Assembly (NCBI GenBank): GCA_958296135.2 | Contig: CATQHZ020000001.1 | Span: 608,001-672,000 of the forward strand | Length of the DNA: 64,000 bases | Reading direction: 5' to 3' | Source of the DNA: an uncultured Poribacteria bacterium | GTDB lineage: Bacteria; Poribacteria; WGA-4E; WGA-3G | Part shown: one piece after another, positions 48,687 to 59,587 of the stretch | How the letters are laid out: the number at the start of each line of letters is the position of its first letter | How positions within the stretch are numbered: position 1 is the first letter of the stretch | Notes under the pieces: generated by a model | What the model saw: only the letters and a program-made list of their open reading frames with translations | Told to the model about the DNA's origin: nothing | Database searches by the model: none | Position numbers and translations under genes: made by a program

Positions 48687-49847
48687 TTAATGCTCGTTTT
48701 GAAAAATAACAATCCGATTGCTGTTGGTGCCCTTCTTGTTATTGGAAACACCCCAGCAATTCGCTGTCTTCGTGAAGTGCTGCGAGTTGATCAGGAGCAT
48801 CTCCGGCACCAAACCGGCATCCATCGCCGCCCTGAGCACCTCATGCTCTAACGGAAGAGAACCGTTTCGGATTTCGCCTACCTCAAAGGCAATTCGGCCC
48901 TCTCGCCGCAAGACGCGCCGCAACTCAACGAACACGTCCCGCATCCGAGTACCCCACGCATCCAACGACGTGAATTGCCACAGTTTGCTCGCGTCAACTT
49001 CTATGCTGCAAAACCACATCCGTAACCAGTTGTCTTGTGCATAGTCAACCGTATCCAAAAACGGTGGCGACGTGACAACCAGATCTACCGATGCATCGGC
49101 GATGTGCGGTGTGTTATCAGCAGATTCAGTGAGCAGCACCGGAACCTCATCGTGCCAAAAATGGGAGGGCAGGCTATGCCGCAATAACTGCTTGGATTTG
49201 CGGAGGATTAACGCCTTCGTATCCCGATACTCCGGGTGCTGATGCCGCTTTGCATTGATTTTTTGCTGCGCCGTAACCGAAGTTGCGAGATTCGGCGGCA
49301 ACGTATAGACAGAGAAAAACCCTTTGGAATGTCCCGTCAGTCGACTACACGCCACCATCTGTAACCATGCATCGACAGCGTCAAGTTGCGGCTGTTGGAA
49401 ATAGGTTCGCCACCCGTAAATCTCCTGCAGCGTTTTTTCGTGGAAAAAGACGAGGAGCTCCGGGTCGATCGCGGCATTGGTAGGCAGGTTAACTTTCTGC
49501 AACCGCTCTTCAATTTCAGTCAACGTCGGCGGATTCAAGCGCGGTTGTGTGAGGACTTTGGACAGTGGGTTCACATCGTTGCCGATGACGCGATGCCCGT
49601 GCAACTGCGCTTCTATCAGCGTTGTCCCGCGTCCCATAAACGCGTCATAGACGACAGCATTGGGTTTGCAGAACTTCTGAATAAAATATGCTGGTAGCTG
49701 CGGTTTGAAACAGGCACGATAGGAGATTTCATGGAGGGAATGCCCGGCGCGCTGTTTCGCTGTCCAAAACTCGCCTTCGTGGGTTGGAATGTAGATGGAG
49801 TAACTGTTGGGTTGATTAAAATCAAGTGCCAGCTGCATCGTCGCCAT
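48687..49847 (-). CDS. Amino-DNA methyltransferase, alpha order (probably N4-cytosine)
   Basis: Motif I YDAFMGRGTT precedes motif IV VTSPPF. Confidence 0.85.
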   Translation of the reverse strand: MATMQLALDFNQPNSYSIYIPTHEGEFWTAKQRAGHSLHEISYRACFKPQLPAYFIQKFCKPNAVVYDAFMGRGTTLIEAQLHGHRVIGNDVNPLSKVLTQPRLNPPTLTEIEERLQKVNLPTNAAIDPELLVFFHEKTLQEIYGWRTYFQQPQLDAVDAWLQMVACSRLTGHSKGFFSVYTLPPNLATSVTAQQKINAKRHQHPEYRDTKALILRKSKQLLRHSLPSHFWHDEVPVLLTESADNTPHIADASVDLVVTSPPFLDTVDYAQDNWLRMWFCSIEVDASKLWQFTSLDAWGTRMRDVFVELRRVLRREGRIAFEVGEIRNGSLPLEHEVLRAAMDAGLVPEMLLINSQHFTKTANCWGVSNNKKGTNSNRIVIFQNEH

Positions 49848-50003
49848 GAATGATGTCCTTTCGGCGGCAGAGTCCTGCGTTAAATCATTTTACTATTGAT
49901 GAACAAGTTGGCGGTGCTCCTCCCCCTCCCAGTGCAGCAAATCTTTGTAATAATCCTTGAGGTTTGACATAAGATATGCCTCTATCTTCAGGAAACCGTC
50001 AGA

Positions 50004-50906
50004 CTATCGTTGTGGCAAAAACAGCGGTATCTGTTGGACAGCAGACGAGGCGGGGAACAAACGCGTTGTCCCCCAAATTGCGTTCAGATTTGGGGTAGAG
50101 ATATAGTCCTGAAAAAAGCGCGAAACATCATCGGCTTTTCGCGGTTCCATAACTCGATTGCGGATGAGTGCCACGTTGAACGCATCCAACTCAATGCCGA
50201 TCGATTTTCGACCCAATTGTTCCGCGACAACCAACGTTGTCCCCGAGCCCGCGAACGGATCGAGGACGACATCGCCCGGGGCTGTCGAAGAGAGGAGCAT
50301 CCGTAGCAGGAGTTGCATCGGTGTCTGCTGCTTATGCAGGCGGTTTCCGTCGGCATCGCGCAATGCTTCATCGCCAGCAAAATAGCCCGATGTCAACTCA
50401 CGGATATCGTCCCACACATCGGTGACAAACACGCCGTTTTTTCGGGCATGCTTGTAGCCTGCGGGCAATGGCGGATCGATGCGCAGCCGATGGAAGACAC
50501 GCGGCGTTTTCCCCTTCGTCGCAAACGCGATGACCTGGTAGTGTTTCCCAAACCGCTTCATCCCCGGCACCGCCGAGGTCTTCTTCTTCCAGACGATGAG
50601 GTTCTGGAACGCCCACCCGGCTTCCCTCAAACAGCGCAGCACAAATTCGGTATTCTTCTCGCGTTGCATGAAATAGAGGGCACCACCATCAGAAGTGAGC
50701 GCGTAAATCTTCGCACACACATCGCGCATCCAGTCCCAATATTCCGCCGCCGGCATGTTATCATCCCATGCCTTGTATACCTTGTCCTGATTGAACGGCG
50801 GATCGAGAAAGGTAGCGTCTATTTTTGACGCGATGCTGCTTCCAACTAAGGCAGAGGTGCAATTGGCCTGTAGCACAAAGCAGTGTGGGGTAAGAAGATG
50901 CTTCAT
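50004..50906 (-). CDS. Amino-DNA methyltransferase, beta order
   Basis: LDPPF, DVWDDI, HKQQTP, LDPFAGSGTT. Confidence 0.88.
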   Translation of the reverse strand: MKHLLTPHCFVLQANCTSALVGSSIASKIDATFLDPPFNQDKVYKAWDDNMPAAEYWDWMRDVCAKIYALTSDGGALYFMQREKNTEFVLRCLREAGWAFQNLIVWKKKTSAVPGMKRFGKHYQVIAFATKGKTPRVFHRLRIDPPLPAGYKHARKNGVFVTDVWDDIRELTSGYFAGDEALRDADGNRLHKQQTPMQLLLRMLLSSTAPGDVVLDPFAGSGTTLVVAEQLGRKSIGIELDAFNVALIRNRVMEPRKADDVSRFFQDYISTPNLNAIWGTTRLFPASSAVQQIPLFLPQR

Positions 50907-50943
50907 AAGAAAAGCGCCGGTGCGCGGCAAACGGACGCTGGGC

Positions 50944-51453
50944 CTATACGGTAAACTGCTTGAGCGTGTCGTCATCAAGGTTCTGCAAGAGATCCTTCGG
51001 TTCGCGTTTCTGGGCGCGTTCGAGTTCACTTTCGGGGAACCCGTGGTTTTCGATAACCTTTTCTGCAACGTAAATCGGTGCGTCGCAGCGGAGCGCGAGG
51101 GCAATCGCATCGCTAGGCCGGGCATCGATATCAAACGCCTCGCCGTTCGCCTGCAGATTTACCTGCGCGTAAAAAGTCTGCTCTTCCACATTGTGGACAC
51201 AGATACTGGTTACCTCTCCGTCAAGTGTCTCTATCACCGTTTTGAACAGATCGTGCGTCATTGGGCGGGGAAGCACCAAGTTCTCCAACGACATTTGGAT
51301 GGCACCGGCTTCCGATTCGCCAATCCAGATGAGCAACATGCGCTTGGATGCTCCCTCTTTCTCTTTCATTACGACTATCGGTGCGCCCGAGCTCTGATCG
51401 ATGGTGAGATAGGTTACGTTTACTTCAACCCTAGGCTGTTCATTTTTTTCCAT
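50944..51453 (-). CDS. Bifunctional nuclease family protein (DUF151)
   Basis: IWIGESEA, PRPMTHDL, IDARPSDAIALALR. Confidence 0.92.
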   Translation of the reverse strand: MEKNEQPRVEVNVTYLTIDQSSGAPIVVMKEKEGASKRMLLIWIGESEAGAIQMSLENLVLPRPMTHDLFKTVIETLDGEVTSICVHNVEEQTFYAQVNLQANGEAFDIDARPSDAIALALRCDAPIYVAEKVIENHGFPESELERAQKREPKDLLQNLDDDTLKQFTV

Positions 51454-51589
51454 TTGTGAGTTCCTTCTGATAAACCGTCGCTCCCTTAAAGAATAGCGCG
51501 CGACGACAAGCTATGCATGGCGAGGGACAGTGGACATCTCTGCAGCGAGGCTGCAGAGATGTCAGCGTTTCGGTGTAACGGCCCTCGCC

Positions 51590-53437
51590 CTATGAATCGG
51601 CGGTAGTATCGGAATCTGCTTTGGCGTTGAGTCCGGAAGCGTAATCCCGAACGACCTCGGCAATTTTCCCGGTATCCAGGCCGCTAAAGTCCACAATCTC
51701 CTTGAGCAATGGCAGGGCTGCTCCGGCATTCACAATAGAGCTGAGGATGCGGTTCGCGCCGCCGGCGGTCCCGTTCCCGTTGCTGCCGCCCAAGTCGAGT
51801 ACCCGGATGCTTTCAATCCGTTCCGCGGGTTTCATCAATTCACTGGTGACTTCGGGTAGCGATTCGACGAGTGCCAAGACGGCGTCGCTGACAAGCACCT
51901 GCGGTTCTGCCTTGTTCTTCGCGGTAATTGATGCCTCTTCGCCATCGGCTTTTGCCTGCGCTTCAATCAGTAGGGCGGCGGCGAGAATCTTCTGTGCTTC
52001 CGCTTTGACTTCGGCTGCGGATAATTCCGCTTTTGCGGCTTCAACGACAGCGTATGCTTCAGCATCGGCGGCGCGTTCTTTGGCAATCCGTTCTTCGTCT
52101 GCTTCTTGCTCGGCTCGAATCAGGGCGATCTGGCTTTCACGCTCTGCTTCCTCAATTGCCTCAGCCGTTGTGACTTTCGCCTCTGCCTGCGCCTTCTCTG
52201 CAGAAACTTGCAAGAGCTCAATCAGGGCAGCTTCGCGCGCCTTTTCCTTCATTGAGATCTGGATGGCATTTTCTGCCTGCGCCTCTTTCTCCTCGCGTTC
52301 CTTCTCAATGAGCACAATTCGGCTGGCGATGCTCGCCTGTTCCACGTCGCGTTCCTGCTCAATCTTGGCCTGATCAATGGAGAGGTTCCGCGCAATTTCC
52401 GCCTCTTGGACGCGCTGTTCCTGCTGAACGCGGGCAACATCGATAGCCTGCTTTTGTGAAATCTCGCTTTCTTGCACCTGGCGTTCCTGCTCAATCCGCG
52501 CCGTCTCCAAATTTTGCTTCTGGGTGATCTCGGCGGATTTCACGGCTTCCTCTTGCCGCAGCCGCGCTTCCTCAATGGCTTGCTGCTGCTCAAGTTGATG
52601 CGATTCAATCTCGCGCGCCTGTTCCGCTTTGTTGGTAGCGATTGCCTTTCGCTGTTCCTCCTGCGCGAACTCAAGCCGCCGTTCTACTTCTAGAGCCTGC
52701 GTTTCGGTTTCCTCTTCCCGCTGCTTAATCTCCAACTCCGCTTTGAGCCGGTCTTCCTCGCGTTTGACTTGGTTTTCGTGCTCAATGCGCGCGGTTCGCG
52801 TCTGCCGGTCTTCCACCTCCTGCTTGATAGTCTGGATGGCGACAACGTCAAAGCGGTTATTCTCATCAAGTGCGTCGAGAGGAGTCTGGTCGAGATTCGT
52901 CACGGCGACGCTTTCGAGCTTGAACCCGTTTTGCTCGAGGTCATCGCGGCAGGCTTCCTGAACCTGGTCGGAAAATTCTTGGCGTTTCTCGTGCAGTTCT
53001 TGTAAATCCATAGTTGCGGCGACGCTTCGGAGTACGCCGACGAGTTTCCCCTCCAGCAGTGTGTTCACAGCGGCTGGTGTCAAGGTTTTATCGCCAAGGC
53101 TAGCAACTGCTTTGAGGACATCCTGTTCAAGGGGCTCAATTTTGACATAGAACTGCGCTTCTAAATCGACACGCAGACTGTCTCGGGTAATCAAGGCTGC
53201 TTGCCCGGTGCGTTCCACTGGGAGCTGCATCGTGTTTAACGAGATGAGTTGCGTGGTATTCGTAATTGGATTGATAAGGCTGCCGCCGAAGACAACGCGC
53301 TTCTTGCGGCCTCCGGAAACCACGAGCGCGGAATCGGGAGGTGCCTTTCTATAGAAGGATTTGTAGATAAGCACGAAAATCACGAACAACGCTGCGGTGC
53401 TACCTACAATTGTGAAAAATAGGCTGAGATTCGGCAT
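51590..53437 (-). CDS. Flotillin/SPFH protein (YqiK-like)
   Basis: N-terminal TM, SPFH domain (LITRDSLRVD, DLEQNGFKLESV, LDQT), coiled-coil, KPAERIESIRV. Confidence 0.88.
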   Translation of the reverse strand: MPNLSLFFTIVGSTAALFVIFVLIYKSFYRKAPPDSALVVSGGRKKRVVFGGSLINPITNTTQLISLNTMQLPVERTGQAALITRDSLRVDLEAQFYVKIEPLEQDVLKAVASLGDKTLTPAAVNTLLEGKLVGVLRSVAATMDLQELHEKRQEFSDQVQEACRDDLEQNGFKLESVAVTNLDQTPLDALDENNRFDVVAIQTIKQEVEDRQTRTARIEHENQVKREEDRLKAELEIKQREEETETQALEVERRLEFAQEEQRKAIATNKAEQAREIESHQLEQQQAIEEARLRQEEAVKSAEITQKQNLETARIEQERQVQESEISQKQAIDVARVQQEQRVQEAEIARNLSIDQAKIEQERDVEQASIASRIVLIEKEREEKEAQAENAIQISMKEKAREAALIELLQVSAEKAQAEAKVTTAEAIEEAERESQIALIRAEQEADEERIAKERAADAEAYAVVEAAKAELSAAEVKAEAQKILAAALLIEAQAKADGEEASITAKNKAEPQVLVSDAVLALVESLPEVTSELMKPAERIESIRVLDLGGSNGNGTAGGANRILSSIVNAGAALPLLKEIVDFSGLDTGKIAEVVRDYASGLNAKADSDTTADS

Positions 53438-53491
53438 GAAACTTCCTCCATTGGGCAATTAACTCGGCTTAAAAGAGGGACGCAGCAGACC

Positions 53492-54199
53492 TTATTGCAG
53501 TTCTGCTTCTGCCTTCTTCACATCGAAGATGCGCTTTTCATCGTCATAGTTGACGAGGATGACGGTATCTCCCTTGACAGGATTCACTTCGTCTGTTTTG
53601 ACACGACAATTGACTGTTAAAGCTGGGCCATCAGGAACTTGCACGCGCGCCGTTCCGAAAGTCGTCGTGATTTGGCCGCTAATCACGCGTCCTCTCATGC
53701 CGAGGAGTTGGACATCGGTGATGGCGCGTTCGCTTTCTGGAAATAGTTTTGAAACGCCGAGTGTGAGGTAGCGGGTGCCGATGAAACTACAGAGAAACGC
53801 GATGCCGCAGGATGCCCAAAACCACTTGGGGTTGGCGGCGACGTTGAAGAGCGCGTTCGCGATGAGCCCCGAAATCCCCCACGTCGCGAAGAGCGACATC
53901 AGCACTACCATGAGGGGGACTCTGCCGACGTTCAGGAATCCTAGCACGTCAACGAAAGAACCGCTATGTTCTACTGCATCAGCGTCTGCGTCCACATCAG
54001 CGTCTATGTCTACATCAGCGTCTATGTCCACATCAGCGTCTACATCGACATCTACGTCCATATCAGCATCCACATCAGCGTCTCCAAAATCCATGCCGCC
54101 CATGATGAGGCGGAAGATGGCGAAGATGAAAACGAGCGCGAGCGGTGCGGTAAACCAAACATTGTAATCGACAAGGAGGTAATTGAGATATGCGAGCAT
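53492..54199 (-). CDS. YqiJ/DUF1449 NfeD-like membrane protein
   Basis: FLNVGRVPLMV, C-terminal OB-fold, upstream of flotillin; acidic (DADVD)n loop. Confidence 0.8.
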   Translation of the reverse strand: MLAYLNYLLVDYNVWFTAPLALVFIFAIFRLIMGGMDFGDADVDADMDVDVDVDADVDIDADVDIDADVDADADAVEHSGSFVDVLGFLNVGRVPLMVVLMSLFATWGISGLIANALFNVAANPKWFWASCGIAFLCSFIGTRYLTLGVSKLFPESERAITDVQLLGMRGRVISGQITTTFGTARVQVPDGPALTVNCRVKTDEVNPVKGDTVILVNYDDEKRIFDVKKAEAELQ

Positions 54200-54233
54200 A
54201 ACATGAGTCGTGCGGCTGTGCCGCGCGCCTCCT

Positions 54234-54614
54234 CTAAGGTTTAATATGTGCGCCGATGTGTGCTTGCACGCGCTTCGCTTCACGGAGCGTGAGATTATCG
54301 AGCCAATGCACGTTTCGCGTTACCTGAATTTCAAGGCGGGCTTGGCCAAAAATCCGATGCCTGAGTCCGCGAACGAGGCGCGCGTCTTCTATCTCCGTGA
54401 AAAGCACATTACACCGAATGTTGGCGTAGGAAACGCTGAGGCTGCCTATCTGCCGTTCGTCCAGCACCAAAAGGCGGTGTGTGGTGACAACGACAAAATC
54501 GGGGCTTAAGAGGGTTGAGCGGCCCAGCGTGAAGAAACAGCCGCGTTCACCAGGCATCAATTCGGCCCGGACCAGGGCTTGGATGCGGCGTGGTAAGTTC
54601 TCAAGAGCATCCAT
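54234..54614 (-). CDS. Hypothetical protein, bacterial PH-like domain
   Basis: RBS GGAGGG; ELMPGE...VVVTTHRLLV pattern. Confidence 0.55.
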   Translation of the reverse strand: MDALENLPRRIQALVRAELMPGERGCFFTLGRSTLLSPDFVVVTTHRLLVLDERQIGSLSVSYANIRCNVLFTEIEDARLVRGLRHRIFGQARLEIQVTRNVHWLDNLTLREAKRVQAHIGAHIKP

Positions 54615-54688
54615 GTTCCCCTCCGCTATTTTGGCGGTAGACGCGCTTTCAACGCGCGCCTCCGGCAATCTGCCGGTATCATTTTGAA

Positions 54689-55039
54689 TGGAGGTGGCGG
54701 GAGTCGAACCCGCGTCCGAAGGCATTTTAATAGAGGCTACTACATGCTTGTCACAGGATTAAGGTTCGCCTATCAGATGCTCCTATGCTGGCACCTCGGT
54801 AGACTATCTCAAGTAGAGGTTCGCGGTTCGCTTCCTGAGACAATGCGAACGGCTAGCCTGTCTTGCGGCGCTTTAGCTTCCCTGACAGGCGGCAGGTCGG
54901 CCAAGCGTGGCTGCGTTAAGCAGCCAGTGCTAATTCTTCATCAGCAATTATAATTGTTCCGCCAATTTAACGAGGCCTGCGGAGTCCTCGGCATGCAACC
55001 CCATATCTCAACTACCTACGTCGAAACCATTTCACCCCC
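54689..55039 (-). ncRNA. ssrA: tmRNA
   Basis: 5' GGGGGTGAAATGGTTTCGAC; 3' GACGCGGGTTCGACTCCCGCCACCTCCA; tag frame ADEELALAA* at 54945-54916; adjacent to smpB. Confidence 0.96.
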
Positions 55040-55088
55040 GACATCCCCGAACCTCCAACGAGGTTTGGGATAGCGTTATAGCCGTGTG

Positions 55089-55550
55089 TTATTGATATGC
55101 CCGCATTTCGCGTGCGACTTCCTCGCGTTCCAGCTGCGCGCGTTTATCGTAAAGTTGTTTGCCGACGGCGACTGCCAACTCCAGTTTCACCTTGCCGTTG
55201 CTAAAATAGGCGCGGGTAGGAACGAGAGTCATCCCCTTTGAACGGATGGCGCGTTCCAACTTGTTGATTTCCTGGCGGTGCAGCAGCAGTTTCCGCTTCC
55301 GCTTCGGCTCATGATTAGCCCTATTGCCTTGCTCATACAGGCCGATGTGCGCCTCGGTCAGAAATATCTCGCCATCGCTAATCTGCGCGTAACTATCTGT
55401 CAGATTCATCTGTCCGGCGCGGATTGCCTTGACTTCTGTCCCTTGCAAGACGATGCCGGCTTCATACCGGTCTCGCAGGTGATAATCGTGCCGTGCCTTC
55501 CGATTGACAGTAATTACCGGGTTCTGCGTAGAATTTTTGCGATTTTTCAT
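55089..55550 (-). CDS. smpB: SsrA-binding protein
   Basis: NRKARHDY, EAGIVLQGTEVK, RKRKLLLHRQEI, GKQLYDKR. Confidence 0.97.
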   Translation of the reverse strand: MKNRKNSTQNPVITVNRKARHDYHLRDRYEAGIVLQGTEVKAIRAGQMNLTDSYAQISDGEIFLTEAHIGLYEQGNRANHEPKRKRKLLLHRQEINKLERAIRSKGMTLVPTRAYFSNGKVKLELAVAVGKQLYDKRAQLEREEVAREMRAYQ

Positions 55551-55655
55551 AATTTTTGGCAATTTTGCGACGTTTGTATCAATTATACCACAAAATTAAC
55601 CCCTAGGTCAAGAAAAAATTCAAATAATTCACAAAATAAGGTTCGCGCGTCGCGT

Positions 55656-56522
55656 TTACCGCAGCGTTTTCTCAAACTCTTTCAACAAATTCCGTTGTCG
55701 CCGCGAGAGTGATTTGGGGACTTCCACAACCAAGCGCACCCGCAAATCGCCTTTTCGGCCGGCGGCATCCGTAATCCCTTGTCCGCGTAGCCGTAGCTGC
55801 TGTTCCGGCTGCGCTCCCGCCGGTACTTTAAGTTCCACCTCGCCGGTCACTTTTTGGATGCGTATGCTCCCGCCTAACGCTGCGGTTGTCATCGGAATCG
55901 TTACATCTGTTACCAGATCGAGCCCGTCTCGTGTCAACGTCGGGTGCGGTTGGACAGCTATCTGAACGAGCAGATTGCCTGCTTCCCCTCGGCTGTGCGT
56001 TTGTCCGTGTCCGCGAATCCGCAAGGTTTGTCCATCCTTAATGCCTGCTGGGATTTTAAGGGTGATGTTTTTGCCTTGGACGCGGACATTCTTCTCCGCG
56101 CCGAGTACCGATTCTGCGAAGGTAATGGTGAGATTGATGCGGACATCTCGGCCGCGCGGTGGTGTGGGTTCGCGTCGCTGCGGGCCGAACACATCGCCGA
56201 ATGCATCGCTGAAGCCACCGAAGCCGCCGCGCCCGAAAACATCGTTCAGGTTTAAGTTCGCGAAGATATCGTCCATATTGGCGTATCCCTCGAACCCCAT
56301 TCCGTGGACACCGGCGTGGCCGCGCGTATCGTAGACGCGCCGCTTCTCGGCATCGGACAAGACAGAATACGCGTTGGATGCCTCCTTGAATTTCTCCTCG
56401 GCGGCTTTGTCACCGGGATTCTTGTCCGGATGGTACTGGACTGCGAGTTTGCGATACGCTTTTTTGATTTCGTCCGGCGTGGCGTTCCGGGCCACACCGA
56501 GTATCTCGTAGTAGTCTCTCAT
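55656..56522 (-). CDS. DnaJ-class chaperone without zinc finger (CbpA-like)
   Basis: J-domain with HPD, G/F region, C-terminal domain; no CxxCxGxG repeats. Confidence 0.9.
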   Translation of the reverse strand: MRDYYEILGVARNATPDEIKKAYRKLAVQYHPDKNPGDKAAEEKFKEASNAYSVLSDAEKRRVYDTRGHAGVHGMGFEGYANMDDIFANLNLNDVFGRGGFGGFSDAFGDVFGPQRREPTPPRGRDVRINLTITFAESVLGAEKNVRVQGKNITLKIPAGIKDGQTLRIRGHGQTHSRGEAGNLLVQIAVQPHPTLTRDGLDLVTDVTIPMTTAALGGSIRIQKVTGEVELKVPAGAQPEQQLRLRGQGITDAAGRKGDLRVRLVVEVPKSLSRRQRNLLKEFEKTLR

Positions 56523-56582
56523 AGTGTGTTAAAGGCGGCGTATTGTCAATCTATGCTCCAGAAGAGCGCGGACAAAGCGCGC

Positions 56583-57695
56583 CTACAGCAGTGCACACAA
56601 CTCAGTTACGGTTGCAGTGCTTTCATACTGTTTGACGAGGGTAACTCCGAATTCGAGGGCGGCGGTTTCTGCCTGCAATTTTCGTTGCGCATCCAAAATT
56701 CCCTCAATGTCCTTAACATGCGCCGCGCCGATGAGCCGCCGCAAAACCTCCATGCCAGCAAATCCGGCCGCGGTGTGAAAAATGTGCTGTAACGTATCCG
56801 TTTTTCCACCGGCTTTAAATTCCGCTGCATAACTCTCCCACGTCCGAACGAGTGCGGTTTTGAGTTGCGCTTGCACGGCGGCGGTGCCGGTATGCGAGAA
56901 ATAGGATAAGCAGTAGTTCGCCCAGAACAGCCCGATATCAAAACCGACGGGCCCGTAAAACGCGAATTCTGCATCGATGATCTTCGCCGAATCGCCGTGC
57001 ACCATGACGCTTCCGGTGTGCAAGTCTCCATGAGTCACGCCCAGTTGTTCAGTCAGGAAGATGGACTTGAGCGCGCGCGCCTTTTGCAAAAACGCTTCAT
57101 CCGTTTTCAGTTGCGCAACCTTATCCGCCAATCCCGGCGTGTAGAAGTTGGTTTCGTGCTCCGTAAAAGGCAAGGTGAAGACATAGTCCGCCGTTATCGC
57201 CTGCATCTCTGTGTTATCAAAATGTTTTCGATAATGCGCTGCCTGCTCGGCGCGGGTTTCGCGATGCACACGCCCTAGAAATGTGCCTATCTGTGCCGGT
57301 ATCGCCGGATTGACGTTCCCCGCGATGAGCGCGTCTCGCAATAAATGGTAACCGCCCAGGTCTTCCATGACGATGACAGCGTTTTCTGCGTCAAAATAGT
57401 GCGGCGCGGGGGCGGCCCCCGCTGCCAACTGATGGTAGACTTCGAGCGTCCGGCATTCGTATGTCAAGCGTTGTGTCGTCAACGGGTACGCCGGCCCTAA
57501 AATCTTAATGTAGGGTGGTGCTTGCTTGATAATGAGCGAGCACCTCGGGTCCGCTGCGTCGAACACCCGATAGACGAAATTCAGGTTGCCATCGCCTATT
57601 TCCTCGGCGATGAGTTCAGCATCTGCATCGAAGAGAGCGATATCGGCGTGGCGTTCTTGAAGGTAACGCGGTATGGTGTCCTTGTTAAGTTCCAT
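56583..57695 (-). CDS. mtnK: S-methyl-5-thioribose kinase
   Basis: EIGDGNLNFVY, IIKQA, HGDLHTGS, IDAEFAFYGP. Confidence 0.92.
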   Translation of the reverse strand: MELNKDTIPRYLQERHADIALFDADAELIAEEIGDGNLNFVYRVFDAADPRCSLIIKQAPPYIKILGPAYPLTTQRLTYECRTLEVYHQLAAGAAPAPHYFDAENAVIVMEDLGGYHLLRDALIAGNVNPAIPAQIGTFLGRVHRETRAEQAAHYRKHFDNTEMQAITADYVFTLPFTEHETNFYTPGLADKVAQLKTDEAFLQKARALKSIFLTEQLGVTHGDLHTGSVMVHGDSAKIIDAEFAFYGPVGFDIGLFWANYCLSYFSHTGTAAVQAQLKTALVRTWESYAAEFKAGGKTDTLQHIFHTAAGFAGMEVLRRLIGAAHVKDIEGILDAQRKLQAETAALEFGVTLVKQYESTATVTELCALL

Positions 57696-57814
57696 CTTTT
57701 GTTCAGCACAGTGGGTGGATATGGGCATCCGCCCTTACGCTCTTCTCCACAGCCCGCGGCCCGTAGCGCGAGGGAAAACCTGTCCCTCGCGAATCCCTGG
57801 CCAAGAAGAACTAC

Positions 57815-58816
57815 TTAGCACAACAGGTTCTCGGCAATCTGAATAGCGTTCAACGCCGCGCCCTTGCGCAGATTGTCGGCGACTACCCACAGGTTCAAGC
57901 CGTTCTTAATCGATGCGTCGTCGCGGATGCGGCCGACATACACGTCATCCTTCCCGGCGGCATCCACGGCGAGTGGGTATTTCAAATTGCCCGGGTCATC
58001 GATTAACGTCACGCCGGGTGCATGGGCGAGGCATTCGCGCGCTTGCGCCGGTGTGAGTTTTTCGTGTGTTTCCACGTTAATCGATTCGGAGTGTGCGTAG
58101 AAAACCGGCACGCGGACTGTTGTCACCGAGACACCGATAGTCTCATCGTCAAGAATTTTCCGGGTCTCGTTCACCATTTTCAGTTCTTCTTCGCTATCGC
58201 CGCTGTCGGTGAAGGGCCAATCAAAAGCGACATTGAAGGCCATTTGATGCGGGAACAGTTCTAAGTCAATGGGTTTTCCTTGCAACGCCGACGTAGTCTG
58301 CCGGACGAGTTCCATCACGGCGCGCCCACTTTTGCCGGAGACGCTCTGGTACGTAGAGACGACAATCCGTTTGATGCCGGCAGCGTCGTAAATCGGTTTG
58401 AGTGCCACCATCATCTGGATGGTGGAGCAGTTGGGATTGGCGATGAGCCCGTTATGTTTCCGGGCGGCATCCATGTTCACCTCTGGCACGACGAGCGGTG
58501 TGTCTGCGTCCATGCGGAACGCGCTCGTATTATCAACGACTAACGCGCCGTTTTCTACCGCGGTCGGGATGAATTTTCGGCTCACCGTCGCCCCCGCGGA
58601 CGAGAAAACCACGTCAATGTCGCCGAACGAGTCGTGCGTTACTTCCTCAACGATGATATGTTCATCTTTGAAGGTTATAATTTCGCCGGCAGACCGGTGC
58701 GATGCCAGCAGTTTGAGTGAAGCGATGGGGAAATGCCGCGCCGCTAACAGTTCCAACAACGTATTGCCTACCGCGCCTGTTGCACCGACAATCGCAACAC
58801 GATAACTCTCACGCAT
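57815..58816 (-). CDS. asd: Aspartate-semialdehyde dehydrogenase
   Basis: GATGAVG, IANPNCSTIQ, STYQSVSG, DNLRKGAALNA. Confidence 0.96.
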   Translation of the reverse strand: MRESYRVAIVGATGAVGNTLLELLAARHFPIASLKLLASHRSAGEIITFKDEHIIVEEVTHDSFGDIDVVFSSAGATVSRKFIPTAVENGALVVDNTSAFRMDADTPLVVPEVNMDAARKHNGLIANPNCSTIQMMVALKPIYDAAGIKRIVVSTYQSVSGKSGRAVMELVRQTTSALQGKPIDLELFPHQMAFNVAFDWPFTDSGDSEEELKMVNETRKILDDETIGVSVTTVRVPVFYAHSESINVETHEKLTPAQARECLAHAPGVTLIDDPGNLKYPLAVDAAGKDDVYVGRIRDDASIKNGLNLWVVADNLRKGAALNAIQIAENLLC

Positions 58817-59098
58817 TTCTGATATTTTCCTCCTCATGGGAACAGATTTTTTTATCTTTGGCTGCTCTCGCTCGCAATTTGCAGCGCAAAAGTCTACCTA
58901 AAGTGCATTATACCAAATCGGCATAAGTTACGCGTCTAACCAGACGCATCAACGTCATTGAGTATTATACCATAAATAGGCGCGTTAAGCAAACATTTTG
59001 TTGGGGTGCGTGTTAAATGCCGGCATTTGAAAAAATCGCACGAAAAAATAAAAGATAACGAATTTTACCCTGCTGCTGGCGTTTCTTTGCAAAAATAG

Positions 59099-59190
59099 TT
59101 GACAAATTGCGAAAAATATGGTATTATTTTTAGGACGCTTATGATATGAGCGCACTTTAACTTGAAATACCTATATTTGTATAGTATAAT
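59099..59190 (+). promoter_or_regulatory. Tandem sigma-70-type promoters of HU
   Basis: TTGACA-N17-TATTAT (59099-59127) and TTGAAA-N17-TATAAT (59162-59190) in AT-rich DNA. Confidence 0.7.
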
Positions 59191-59239
59191 ATAGTTACTG
59201 TGAGTTTGAGTTAAATTTATTTTTAAAGAGGAATTTAAC

Positions 59240-59521
59240 ATGGCTAAATTAATGAAAGGCGACCTCGTGAGCAATGTTGCTGAGCAGACTGGGCTCGGCA
59301 AGAAAGCAGCGAATGCTGCCGTTGACGCAGTTGTCGCGACTATTCAGGGAGCCTTAAGTAACGGTGATTCCGTTGCGCTAATTGGTTTCGGAACTTTTGA
59401 AGTGAGGACGCGGTCTGCCCGCAGGGGCCGCAACCTGCACACCGGTGAGACGATGGACATTCCCGCGAAGAAGGTCCCCGCGTTTAAAGCCGGCAAGAAG
59501 CTCCGGGATGCCGTCGCCTAA
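59240..59521 (+). CDS. hup: HU DNA-binding protein
   Basis: [24 protein letters not shown]. Confidence 0.95.
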   Translation: MAKLMKGDLVSNVAEQTGLGKKAANAAVDAVVATIQGALSNGDSVALIGFGTFEVRTRSARRGRNLHTGETMDIPAKKVPAFKAGKKLRDAVA

Positions 59522-59587
59522 TTTAGGCGGCGCGGCTCGCGCAGTTTGCAGGCATTCTTCGCTTGCAACTTACGACGCTAATGCGTG

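Noticed and set aside
48687-54700. Genomic island integrated at the tmRNA 3' end
   Set aside because: No integrase and no duplicated tmRNA 3' end were seen; the adjacent genes look chromosomal.
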